DNA from: Candidatus Bathyarchaeia archaeon | Lineage (GTDB): Bacteria; Hydrogenedentota; Hydrogenedentia; Hydrogenedentales; SLHB01 | NCBI GenBank assembly: GCA_035530195.1 | Contig: DATKVG010000217.1 | Coordinates: forward strand, 5,241-69,240 | Direction: 5' to 3' | Length of the DNA: 64,000 nucleotides | Part shown: positions 26,678 to 35,378 of the stretch, piece by piece | Numbering within the stretch: the stretch's first letter is position 1 | How the letters are laid out: each line of letters begins with the position of its first letter | Position numbers and translations under genes: made by a program | Notes under the pieces: generated by a model | Databases searched by the model: none | What the model was told of the DNA's origin: nothing | What the model saw: only the letters and a program-made list of their open reading frames with translations

Positions 26678-26703
26678 TTGTGGTGCGGGCGTCTCGCCTG
26701 CAC
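26678..26703. repeat. dispersed element, family A (ttgtggtgcgggcgtcYcgcctgcac)
   Basis: The same 26-mer, with 1 mismatch, occurs at 37206-37231. A variant, ttgtagcgcaggcgtcccgcctgcat, is at 37242-37267. Confidence 0.85.
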
Positions 26704-26774
26704 AGTCCCGTAGGGACGTTCTTTGAGCAGCCCAGGACTGATACGGGCATCCCCGCAGGGGACTTCTTTCCAGC

Positions 26775-27689
26775 TTATTGTTTTGCCTGGCGCTCTTGCC
26801 ATTCCCGTTCGAGACGCGGCTGGCGCTTCCACCTTCGGTGCAGCCACAGCCACTGCCCCGGATTTCGCTCGACCCCGCGGGCTACGGCATCCTGGCAACG
26901 CTGGCAATTCTCGACGATGGTCTCGCTGAGTCTTCCCCCGGCCAGTTCAATTTCAGGCAGGATTTCCGCCTCATACCGGCCATCCGCGCCGCGTTGCATG
27001 AAGACGGTGAAGATCGGCGCCCCGGTCTTTTTCGACAAGACCACCGGCCCGATCGTACCCCAGCATTCTTTGCCCAGGAATCGCAGCGGCACCCCGTTCT
27101 CCCGCGGGCTCTGATCGATCATGATGCCCACGTGATAGCCGTCCCGCAGGCAGCGAGCCACCTCCTGGGCCGCCCCTTCTTTGGGTATTGTGACGATGCC
27201 GCCGGCACGCCGCGTCTTGTCCACGTACTCGTTCAGCGCCGGGTCGGCCAGGGGCCGCATCACCGCCGCCACTTTCAGCCCGCTGTTTGCCAGCGCCGCC
27301 GCAAGCCATTCCCAATTGGCCTGGTGCGCCCCGATGAGGATGGCCCCTCGATCCCGCGGCAGCCGGTCAAGGCCTTTTATCGTCACGTGTCGATCGAGGA
27401 ACCGGCCGCGCAACCGCTTGATGCTCAAAAACTCCGCGGCCACGATGCTGACGTTGTCGACGCACTGTTTGAGCCGCCGGGCTTTCTCCTTCCGGCTGAG
27501 GCTGTCGCCGTACACGAGGTCCAGATTCGAGAACCCCGTCCGCCGTACCCGTGGAACCACGTGATACGCCGCCCGCCCAAGCACCAGCATTACCCAACGC
27601 GCCATGCTCAGCGGCAGCCGGCCAAGCAGCCACGCAAGAATCAGCGTCACCCGCGCCGCCAGGTATCTTCTGACACCGCGCCATCTCAT
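26775..27689 (-). CDS. lipid A biosynthesis (LpxL/HtrB-like) lysophospholipid acyltransferase family protein
   Basis: An N-terminal membrane anchor, GAHQANWEW (the HxxxxE/D box of this family), and a length of 304 aa. Confidence 0.65.
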   Translation of the reverse strand: MRWRGVRRYLAARVTLILAWLLGRLPLSMARWVMLVLGRAAYHVVPRVRRTGFSNLDLVYGDSLSRKEKARRLKQCVDNVSIVAAEFLSIKRLRGRFLDRHVTIKGLDRLPRDRGAILIGAHQANWEWLAAALANSGLKVAAVMRPLADPALNEYVDKTRRAGGIVTIPKEGAAQEVARCLRDGYHVGIMIDQSPRENGVPLRFLGKECWGTIGPVVLSKKTGAPIFTVFMQRGADGRYEAEILPEIELAGGRLSETIVENCQRCQDAVARGVERNPGQWLWLHRRWKRQPRLEREWQERQAKQ

Positions 27690-27808
27690 TCGGCATGACC
27701 TGAAGTCGGTTGTTTTTCAGCCACAAAAGAAACCTCGGAACGTAAGAAGCCAGACTCTCTTTTGAATCGTGAGCGCAAGGGTAAGAATCTTATACTGCTC
27801 TTGGATTG

Positions 27809-29182
27809 TCAATCCAATTCAACGGTTTCGCCGGCAGAAGAGCAGAATTTGCGGCGGCCATTCCCGGCCTGATCATACATCCAGTCAATCGCTTCGGGGT
27901 CGCCGTGGACGAAAATCACGTTGCGCGGGTTCAACCGGTTGATCTGTTCGTGCAAGGCGTTTCGCGGGGCGTGCGCGCTGAAATGGAAATGGGCGACATT
28001 CTCCAGCTTCACTTTCACTGCCGGCCGGGACGGGCCGAAATGAAGCACCGTCCCTTTCTTGGCGTGCAACACCCTATATCCCAGCGTCTCCGGATCCACG
28101 TAACCCACAAAGAATATGCCGTGGTGCGGGCTTTGCACCATCTCCTCGGCTATCAGGGCCGAAGGCGTGTTCTCGACCATCATCCCGGACGTCGCCACGA
28201 TAATGGCCGGCTCGGACAGGAGAGCCTGCACGTTATCCCTGTTCCACACGTCGCCCACACGGCCAAACCGGCTCAGCGGCCGCAACATCGCATCCGGGTG
28301 CAGGTAATCGGGGTAGCGGTTGTACACCTCGTAGATGGCCCGGCCCAGACCCGACGCGTACACCGGCACAGGCGGCAGGCCTCCCGCGTCTTGGTATCGG
28401 GCGATGATGTTGAGCATCTCCTGCGTCCGGCCCAGCGCAAACGCCGGCACCAGAACCGCCCCGCCCCGGTTCAACACATCCGCGATACGCCGGCAAAACC
28501 GATCCGCCTGCTCCTGATACCGGGACTGGTCGGCCTCGAGATTCGCCCCATACGTCGACTCGATGATGAGCGTATCGATCTGCTCGGCCTCGTCCAGCGG
28601 ATCGAGGCCCGCCATAAGTTCCTGGTCGGTGTCGCAGATGTCGCCGGTGTAGAACAGGGTGTGGCCCTCCGCCCGCAGCAGGATGCTGGCGCTGCCCAGC
28701 ACATGCCCGGCGTGCCGCAACCGGCCCACCATGGCGCCGTTGCCGCAGACGCTGAACTCCTCGTCCAGCCCAACGGCCACCGCACTTCCCACCGCGTAAT
28801 CGACGTCCTCGTGCGTATACAGCGGATATCCCGGCACGTTCCGCTCCCGCGCGATGGTGCCCATCACTGAAACGCTGTTGTGCAGCATGCGGTCCATCAC
28901 GCCCACGGTGGCCGGCGTCGAGTAGGGGACGGTTTCGCGGAACCGCCGCAGCAGTTCGGGAACCGCCCCGCAATGGTCGACGTGGCCGTGCGAAATCAGC
29001 ACCGCTTCCGGCGCCTCGCGAAGCAGCGAAAAATCCGGAAGCGCCTGAGGGCCGTCCTTTTTCGGATGGAGACCGCAGTCCAGCAGAATCCTGTGGCCTT
29101 CCAGTTCGATCAGGTATGAATTCGCGCCGATTTCGCGGCCGCCACCGATCGGCGTAAACTGTAACGGGGAAACCTTCTTCAC
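27809..29182 (-). CDS. MBL-fold, beta-CASP-type metallo-hydrolase (RNA-metabolising family)
   Basis: LISHGHVDHCGAVPEL (HxHxDH), the later ESTYG and GHVLGS, and a C-terminal HGDP-like box (FVHGDPEA). Confidence 0.6.
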   Translation of the reverse strand: MKKVSPLQFTPIGGGREIGANSYLIELEGHRILLDCGLHPKKDGPQALPDFSLLREAPEAVLISHGHVDHCGAVPELLRRFRETVPYSTPATVGVMDRMLHNSVSVMGTIARERNVPGYPLYTHEDVDYAVGSAVAVGLDEEFSVCGNGAMVGRLRHAGHVLGSASILLRAEGHTLFYTGDICDTDQELMAGLDPLDEAEQIDTLIIESTYGANLEADQSRYQEQADRFCRRIADVLNRGGAVLVPAFALGRTQEMLNIIARYQDAGGLPPVPVYASGLGRAIYEVYNRYPDYLHPDAMLRPLSRFGRVGDVWNRDNVQALLSEPAIIVATSGMMVENTPSALIAEEMVQSPHHGIFFVGYVDPETLGYRVLHAKKGTVLHFGPSRPAVKVKLENVAHFHFSAHAPRNALHEQINRLNPRNVIFVHGDPEAIDWMYDQAGNGRRKFCSSAGETVELD

Positions 29183-29230
29183 GGGTGCAATCTTAAGAGT
29201 TAGAAGTAAACATTGTCAAAGCCGGATGTA

Positions 29231-29254
29231 ACGCGCGCGTGCGCGCACGCGCGT
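29231..29254. repeat. 24 nt perfectly alternating purine-pyrimidine tract containing a perfect 20 nt palindrome (29234-29253)
   Basis: acgcgcgcgtgcgcgcacgcgcgt. Every base pair of the palindrome was checked by hand. Confidence 0.9.
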
Positions 29255-29264
29255 CCTCGCGCGC

Positions 29265-29882
29265 TTACAGGAACGCACAGCGCGACGTGTCCATCAGTTC
29301 AAAAAGAGTAAACCCAATTTGGCGGAGCACCTCATCGAGGCGGACCAGCGGCAGACCCAGCACGTTCTGATAGCAGCCGTCATACCGCGCCACCAGAAGG
29401 GCTCCGGGGCCGTCCACCGTGTAAGCGCCCGCGCGATCTATCGGGTTAACGGCGCGCATAAACCCCTCAATTTCCGAACTGGACAGTTCCCGGAACGTCA
29501 CGTCCGTCGATTCGTAGCCCTCGGCCACCCTGCCCGTCGACGTATCCACCACCGAAAGACCCGTCAGCACCTGGTGCGTGTTCCCGGAAAGTTTCTCCAG
29601 CATCCGCCGCGCCTCGGCCGAGTCGGCCGGTTTGCCCAGCACATGATCACCCAGAAAAACCAGCGTGTCCGCCGCAATTACGAGCGCCGGCGAATCGAGC
29701 CGCCCCGCCACGTCGTCTCGCTTCGCCCTCGCGTTGATCACCACCATCGTGGCCGGGTCGCCTTCCAACGTTTCCTCGACACGGCTCGGGATAATCGTAA
29801 ACTGCAGGCCCAGCGCCGTCAGAAGGGCACGGCGACGCGGCGACGCCGACGCCAGCACGATCCCGCGCATCCGCGCGCTCAT
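29265..29882 (-). CDS. maf: Maf-like nucleoside triphosphate pyrophosphatase
   Basis: IVLASASPRRRALLTALGL, ADTLV, GKP, and AYTVDG/GAYG-like boxes. Confidence 0.85.
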   Translation of the reverse strand: MSARMRGIVLASASPRRRALLTALGLQFTIIPSRVEETLEGDPATMVVINARAKRDDVAGRLDSPALVIAADTLVFLGDHVLGKPADSAEARRMLEKLSGNTHQVLTGLSVVDTSTGRVAEGYESTDVTFRELSSSEIEGFMRAVNPIDRAGAYTVDGPGALLVARYDGCYQNVLGLPLVRLDEVLRQIGFTLFELMDTSRCAFL

Positions 29883-30601
29883 TCCGGCTTCACCCCCATC
29901 GGACCCGGAAGCCGCCGCCCCTCGATCTCCACCGTCTCGACCAGCCGGTCGTTCTCGATGATCTTTGTGCCTACCGCCACTTCCACCTGCGCCCTCGACG
30001 GATCCAGCGGCTCGTTGATCCGAAACTCCGAAATGTCGATCCGCGCCTCTGAATCCTCGTCGTTGATCACGTGAATCCGCACCGGCAGGTAATCTTTCTC
30101 CCTCAGGTACAGCCTCACTTCCTTGAATGGCACGGGCTGCTCCTCTTGCGGCTTTGGCCGGATAGCGAGGCCTTTAGTCGCACCGGGCGCCGACTCGGCG
30201 GTCCCCTGCGGGTCGAACAATTCGAGGTTATACGCCTGCCGCAAAGCGTCGGCATTGTCCTCAAACCCGAGGAAGAATATCTCCGCCTGGGGATTGTCTC
30301 CGATGTCGTGGACCTCGACCTGCTCGATCTCGGGGATGTATTCGTACGCCCGGTACCCATCGATCACGTACGTCGCGCCAACTTCAGGTTTTTCGTAACG
30401 GAACACGATCCGCCGCGGGTTGACATAGACCACCGAGCCCTCGGTCACTCTGGTCTCTTCGGGCGTCTTATTCTCCTGCTCGAACCGGGCCTCCAGCGTC
30501 TGGATGGCATCGCGTTTCGCCGAGAAATCTCTGAAAAAAGCGTCAAACGCATCGTTTTCCACCGCCCCGACAAATGCCGCCAATATCAAGATGGTTGCCA
30601 T
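29879..30601 (-). CDS. LolA-like outer-membrane lipoprotein carrier/sorting protein
   Basis: Signal-like N-terminus, F..F..L.A.F.Q, and beta-rich periodicity. The assignment is by general resemblance only. Confidence 0.5.
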   Translation of the reverse strand: MATILILAAFVGAVENDAFDAFFRDFSAKRDAIQTLEARFEQENKTPEETRVTEGSVVYVNPRRIVFRYEKPEVGATYVIDGYRAYEYIPEIEQVEVHDIGDNPQAEIFFLGFEDNADALRQAYNLELFDPQGTAESAPGATKGLAIRPKPQEEQPVPFKEVRLYLREKDYLPVRIHVINDEDSEARIDISEFRINEPLDPSRAQVEVAVGTKIIENDRLVETVEIEGRRLPGPMGVKPE

Positions 30602-30628
30602 CGGATGTTCCTCGTTTTATTCCGGGTT

Positions 30629-31192
30629 TCAGCCCGGTGGGGTATTAAAGATGGCACTGGCACGAGGCTGATCCGGTGTGCCGCCGTCTTCCAATAAGGC
30701 CTCGTGCGAGGCGAGGATCGCCCGGATGTCCGCACGCAGCCTGTCCCGCTGGTCCTGCAGATGCGTGATTTCCTGCGCCAGAAGAACCGGCAGACGCGCG
30801 TTTTCCGTGTCGATTCTGGATTTCTCCAGCCGGGCCGCTTCGATCAGCAACGACGCCTCCCGTTTCGCCGACTCGATCAGGTTTTCGCCGAACTTTTGCG
30901 AAGTCACCAAGGCGTCGCGCAGCGTCTCTTGCATCTGCTGGTGCTCGTCGAGTTCGTCGTTTTGTTCGGCCAACTGCGCCTTCAAACCGCGGATCTGCTG
31001 GATCAGGTTCTCCAGCACGTCTGCCACGCGCGCCAGGAACCCGTCCACCTCGTTGGCGCTGTACCCGCCCACCAGCGACCGGCTGAATTCGTAATTGAGC
31101 ACGTCGCTGGGCGACAGCACGCGTTCCTTGCCCAGCACGTTCGAGACCACCTTGTTTTTTCTCATGGGCGCTCCAATGTTAACGAGTTCCAC
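30629..31192 (-). CDS. DivIVA domain protein
   Basis: LSPSDVLNYEFSRSLVGGYSANEVDGFLARV followed by a coiled coil. The start may be the internal MRKNKV (31165). Confidence 0.75.
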   Translation of the reverse strand: MELVNIGAPMRKNKVVSNVLGKERVLSPSDVLNYEFSRSLVGGYSANEVDGFLARVADVLENLIQQIRGLKAQLAEQNDELDEHQQMQETLRDALVTSQKFGENLIESAKREASLLIEAARLEKSRIDTENARLPVLLAQEITHLQDQRDRLRADIRAILASHEALLEDGGTPDQPRASAIFNTPPG

Positions 31193-31216
31193 CGCCGTCG
31201 CGCAGAGCGCGCTTAT

Positions 31217-32509
31217 TCATTTGCCCAGCTCTTTTGACCGCGCAACCGCCGCATCTACCCCGGCCGCAATCAGTTTTTCAAAACCGCCGGCGCGGAACGC
31301 CTCCAGCGCCGCCGCCGTGGTCCCGCCTTTCGACGTCACCCGCTCGCGCAACACCGACGGGCCTTCGCTCGACTCCTTCAGCAACTGCCCCGCCCCAAAC
31401 AGCGTCTGCGCCGCCAGCCGCGTCGCCTTGTCCGGCTCGAGCCCGTGCGCCTGCGCCGCCCGAACAAGCAACTCAACCACATAAAAGAAATACGCCGGGC
31501 CGCTGCCGCTCAGCGCCGTCACTGTGTCCATCATGTCTTCCGAAACAAATTCTGCGATGCCGATGGCGCCAAAAATCGCCCGAGCGACCGACTTGTCGGA
31601 TTCCGTGCAATTGTCCGCCATGGCGATCCCCGCCGCGCCCGCTCGTACCAGCGCGGGCGTGTTGGGCATCACACGCACCACCCGGACGTCCCGGCCAAGC
31701 CGCGACTGAATGTAGCCTATGGAAATACCCGCCGCAATCGAAATCACCAATGTCCCCGCCTTCAATCCCGGTCTGATCTGGTCGAGGGCTTCCGCCATAT
31801 TCTGCGGTTTTACCGCCAGCAGCAGGACATCGCTCGCTTCAGCCAGCGCCCGCGGTGACTCCGCCACACGTACATCCAGGTTGGCTGCCGCCGCCCGCCG
31901 GCCTTCCGCTAAGTCGTAAACTATTGCAGCGCTTGGTGTTATGGTGCCCGTCGTTATCAGCCCCTGCACAATCGCGCTGCCCATGTTCCCAAACCCAAGG
32001 AAGCCCACCGCGCCCAACAAACCCGGCGCAGCCTCTTCCTCGCTGTTTGCCGGCGCCAGCGTTTTCACCATCGCCACTTCGTCGCAGTCCGGGAACAGCG
32101 GGCAGCGGATGCAATCGTTAAATACCTTATGGGGGAGGTCATGCTTTTCTATTTGCTCGAACTGGTAGCGGGCAAAGAACGAAGGCGTCCGCGTCAGCGC
32201 GTAGACGCTCGAAATCTTCAAGCTCCGCGCCTCATCCAGGCAACGGTCCAGCAGCCGCCCGCCAATCCCGGTGTCGCGCAGGTCAGGACGTACCACCAGC
32301 GACCGGACTTCGGCCAGATCGAGCGTGTCTATATGGAGGGCGCAACATGCCGCCACTCCCTGCTCGTCGACATACGTATAAAAGTCGCGGACAGTTTCGT
32401 ACAATTCCATCAGGGGACGGCGAAGCAGATCGCCCTGCTGGGCCGCATTGTCCAGCAACTGTTTGATACCCACCACTTCATCGAGCTTCGGTTTGCGAAT
32501 TACGTTCAT
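31217..32509 (-). CDS. proC: fusion protein: ArgA-like GNAT N-acetyltransferase (N-terminal) plus pyrroline-5-carboxylate reductase (C-terminal)
   Basis: aa 1-150: LLRRPLMELYETVRDFYTY..VRSLVVRPDLRDTGIGGRLL (GNAT motif A), with a CxxC..C tail. aa about 165-430: VGFLGFGNMGSAIVQGL..MPNTPALV..SGSGPAYFFY..VTSKGGTT (ProC). There is no stop between the two parts. Confidence 0.8.
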   Translation of the reverse strand: MNVIRKPKLDEVVGIKQLLDNAAQQGDLLRRPLMELYETVRDFYTYVDEQGVAACCALHIDTLDLAEVRSLVVRPDLRDTGIGGRLLDRCLDEARSLKISSVYALTRTPSFFARYQFEQIEKHDLPHKVFNDCIRCPLFPDCDEVAMVKTLAPANSEEEAAPGLLGAVGFLGFGNMGSAIVQGLITTGTITPSAAIVYDLAEGRRAAAANLDVRVAESPRALAEASDVLLLAVKPQNMAEALDQIRPGLKAGTLVISIAAGISIGYIQSRLGRDVRVVRVMPNTPALVRAGAAGIAMADNCTESDKSVARAIFGAIGIAEFVSEDMMDTVTALSGSGPAYFFYVVELLVRAAQAHGLEPDKATRLAAQTLFGAGQLLKESSEGPSVLRERVTSKGGTTAAALEAFRAGGFEKLIAAGVDAAVARSKELGK

Positions 32510-32922
32510 TCCAGCACCTCAACATGCTTTCTTCGGTGAAAAAACTTCACAAAGTCTATCACAAACCGGGTGCACCCTTCCGGTTCCCCTGCTATCCCGC
32601 AAAAAAAGAATGACCCCGTTACCGCGGGCCATCCTCGCCTGTCTACGGCCACAGACCCCCAGCGCCCGCGACCGCTAACCTCGGATACGTTCAGTCCTTA
32701 AACCAGCCGATCACCGTCTTGATCAAGTCGTACAGGCTGTCCGGCAGATTCGCCTCCAGCCAGTCCCCATTGATCGTTACCGCCTTCTTTGGAACCGATA
32801 TGCGCCTAACGTGCATTCCGTTTCACCTCCTTCCGCTTGTGGTCAAAAGAATACTACCCCAGCATGCTGTGGTTGGTCAACCGAAAAAATCCCAACTTCT
32901 CGTCTGGATTGTATCTCAGAGA

Positions 32923-34263
32923 CTACGAGGGGCGCCCCACACGGTGCGGCGGCCACCACACGGCCGTTCCCCGGCCGACAAGCTTGGCTCTTGGCACCCA
33001 ACCCACCGTGCGGCTGTCCAGATGCGCTTCGGGGTCGTCGTCTTCCGTGAGAATGAACACCCGGCCTTCCGGCACCAGCGAGTATTCCTTGCCCTTAGAC
33101 CGGGCGTAAGGGCCGACGCCGTCTCCCGACGGGAAAAGCCGTTCCGCCAGAACCGGACTGCCCACCGGCGCACCGTTTACCTCCAGCTTTCCGCCGTCCA
33201 GGAACACCCGTTCGCCGGGCAGCCCCGCAATCCGGCCAACCAGGTAGTGAGGAATGTCCTTGCCTTCCTTGGGTGGCCGGTACAGCACCAGATCGCCGCG
33301 GCGCGGCTGTCCCCACGACATGAGGCGCAGCTTCGTAAACGGCGCCGGCAGGCCGTATGCCCAGCGGTCGATATAGGCGTGATTCGATTTGCCGCCCCGC
33401 TCATACCGCCACGACCGCCCGAAGAAAACTCGGCCCACGAACAGAACCCCCACAACCGCCACCACCGTCTGCCACCACCATGTCCGGCTGAACCCCGTAA
33501 AATCCCGACGCCGGATGATTGGCAGCCAGATGCATGATACCCTCCCCAAGATGCGCTCGTACGGCACCCAGCCAAAGTACCGGCCATCCCTGCTCTGGCT
33601 GCTGTTGTCGCCCAGCAGCAGGTAGGAATTCTCCGGCACCACCGAATAGGCGTCTTCCGTCAAAATGCCGTACTTCATGTCGGTACTGTAGCCGGGCCGC
33701 GGCGACGTGTACTGAACCGGCGGCATATCCGGCGGCAACTCGAGCGGGACACCGTTGGCGTAAACCTTCCCGTTGGCGATGTGGATGCGTTCGCTGGGAA
33801 GCCCGACCACCCGTTTGACGAGCGTCGTGTGAACGGCATTTTCCTCCACCGACTTGAACACCACGATATCCCACCGCTGAGGTTTTGAGCGCCGCCAAAT
33901 CCGATCCTTGGCATAGTTCAAGTGATAGTTCGTCAATGGAATGCGGATACCGTTGAGTGGATACCGCAGCCCATAAACAAACTTGTTAACGAAAACCCGA
34001 TCCCCCTTCAGGATGTGCGGGTCGCCGTAGAACGTCGGCTCCATCGAACCCGACGGGATCCGGAACGGCTCGACAAACGCCCAACGTATCGCCAGCGCCA
34101 CCAGAATCGCGATCAGCATGCTCTTGATCCACTCGACGCCGCCCGGCCCCAATATGCTGACCAACAAGCGCCAGGGCGCCGCCACGCTCGCCACGCTCGC
34201 CGTTTTAACCTTTTCATTTGGTGCTGATTTCTTCCGATTCGCTGCCATCTGCGTATCTTCCAT
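32923..34263 (-). CDS. lepB: signal peptidase I with an additional degenerate S26-like C-terminal domain
   Basis: Domain 1: SGSMEPTF, GDRVFVNKFVYG, LVKRVVGLPSE, GDNSSQSRDGRYFGWVP. Domain 2: GDLVLY, LVGRIAGLPGE (the catalytic Lys position is Gly), DSRTVGWVP, and no SMxPT box. Confidence 0.85.
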   Translation of the reverse strand: MEDTQMAANRKKSAPNEKVKTASVASVAAPWRLLVSILGPGGVEWIKSMLIAILVALAIRWAFVEPFRIPSGSMEPTFYGDPHILKGDRVFVNKFVYGLRYPLNGIRIPLTNYHLNYAKDRIWRRSKPQRWDIVVFKSVEENAVHTTLVKRVVGLPSERIHIANGKVYANGVPLELPPDMPPVQYTSPRPGYSTDMKYGILTEDAYSVVPENSYLLLGDNSSQSRDGRYFGWVPYERILGRVSCIWLPIIRRRDFTGFSRTWWWQTVVAVVGVLFVGRVFFGRSWRYERGGKSNHAYIDRWAYGLPAPFTKLRLMSWGQPRRGDLVLYRPPKEGKDIPHYLVGRIAGLPGERVFLDGGKLEVNGAPVGSPVLAERLFPSGDGVGPYARSKGKEYSLVPEGRVFILTEDDDPEAHLDSRTVGWVPRAKLVGRGTAVWWPPHRVGRPS

Positions 34264-34338
34264 TAAACCACGGGTAAAGAGGTAACTATACCTTTTAGGG
34301 GCGGCGGGACGCCAGCGCGCCTGATTATGCCGAAGCCT

Positions 34339-34365
34339 GTAGGCCCGAAATAATTTCGGGCCTAC
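34339..34365. repeat. dispersed palindrome, family B (gtaggcccgaaatNatttcgggcctac)
   Basis: A perfect 13+13 palindrome overlapping the lepB-2 stop codon. Related copies are at 8467-8487 and 10585-10621. Confidence 0.85.
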
Positions 34366-35357
34366 TTCCGGCGCTGGCCCCGGCGCCTTCTCCTGAGACG
34401 AGAAATGATCTCAATGGCCGCGATCGCCGCCGGCACACCGTACAGCACCGCCTGGCCCTGCCACGCGTGCCAAAACCCCGTAAAATCCCGCGCGCGCCCG
34501 ATTGGCCAGAATGTGCAGGACACCCTGCCCAGGATATTGCCGCTGGGCAGCCAGCCGAAATACCGGCCGTCGAGGCTGTTGGGGCTGTTGTCGCCCAACG
34601 CCAGGTAGTTGTCCCGCGGCACGGCCGAATACGCGTCATCCTCCAGAATCCCGTACTTCAGCGGATTCGGGTACTGTTGCTCGAAGTTCTTGACCGCGAC
34701 ATCCCGCAGCCATTCCGGCAATCGCTCGTACAGGCGTTTCAATTCCCCGCCTGTCAACGCCATCAATTGCCCGTCTATCATGTTCCTTAAATCGGCATCT
34801 GCGGCGTTGCCCGAACGTACCGCCAAGGTCACCGCAAAACGCATCCTCTCCACTTCGTACGCCCCGAGGTAGCGCGTGTAGTGCAAGACGTCCCGCAATT
34901 CTTCGGGCGGCTCGAGCCGCCGGCCATTCGCCCAAACCGCCCCGTCCTTAATTTCAATTCTTTCGCCGGGCAGCCCCACGATGCGCTTGATCAGCACGGG
35001 GTGCGGCGAGTCTTCTTCTACCGGCCGGAACACGACGATGTCCCACCGCTCGGGATCCTTGAACCGCCGCAGGCGGGTGCTCGTGAAAGGAATTCGGGGA
35101 CCGTAGATAAGCTTGTTGACGAAGATCCGGTCTCCGCGAAGGAACCGCTCGTCGCCGTTCAGCGTCGGATACATGGATTGGGTGGGAATCACAAACGGCT
35201 GGAACAGCAGCCACCACACCGTCAGCACCGCCAGCCCCAAAAAAGCCCAGCTCAGCGCGTTGCGTACCGTCAGCGGGCCCACTACCGCCTCAACCAGCCG
35301 CAACACCGTCTGCCGCCGCGGTCGAGGCTCCGGCCCCTGCGGATTAGGCTGATTCAC
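34362..35357 (-). CDS. lepB: signal peptidase I (second paralogue)
   Basis: IPTQSMYPTL, GDRIFVNKLIYG, LIKRIVGLPGE, GDNSPNSLDGRYFGWLP. Confidence 0.85.
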   Translation of the reverse strand: MNQPNPQGPEPRPRRQTVLRLVEAVVGPLTVRNALSWAFLGLAVLTVWWLLFQPFVIPTQSMYPTLNGDERFLRGDRIFVNKLIYGPRIPFTSTRLRRFKDPERWDIVVFRPVEEDSPHPVLIKRIVGLPGERIEIKDGAVWANGRRLEPPEELRDVLHYTRYLGAYEVERMRFAVTLAVRSGNAADADLRNMIDGQLMALTGGELKRLYERLPEWLRDVAVKNFEQQYPNPLKYGILEDDAYSAVPRDNYLALGDNSPNSLDGRYFGWLPSGNILGRVSCTFWPIGRARDFTGFWHAWQGQAVLYGVPAAIAAIEIISRLRRRRRGQRRK

Positions 35358-35378
35358 ATTTTCTTCCGGCGCGCTCAG

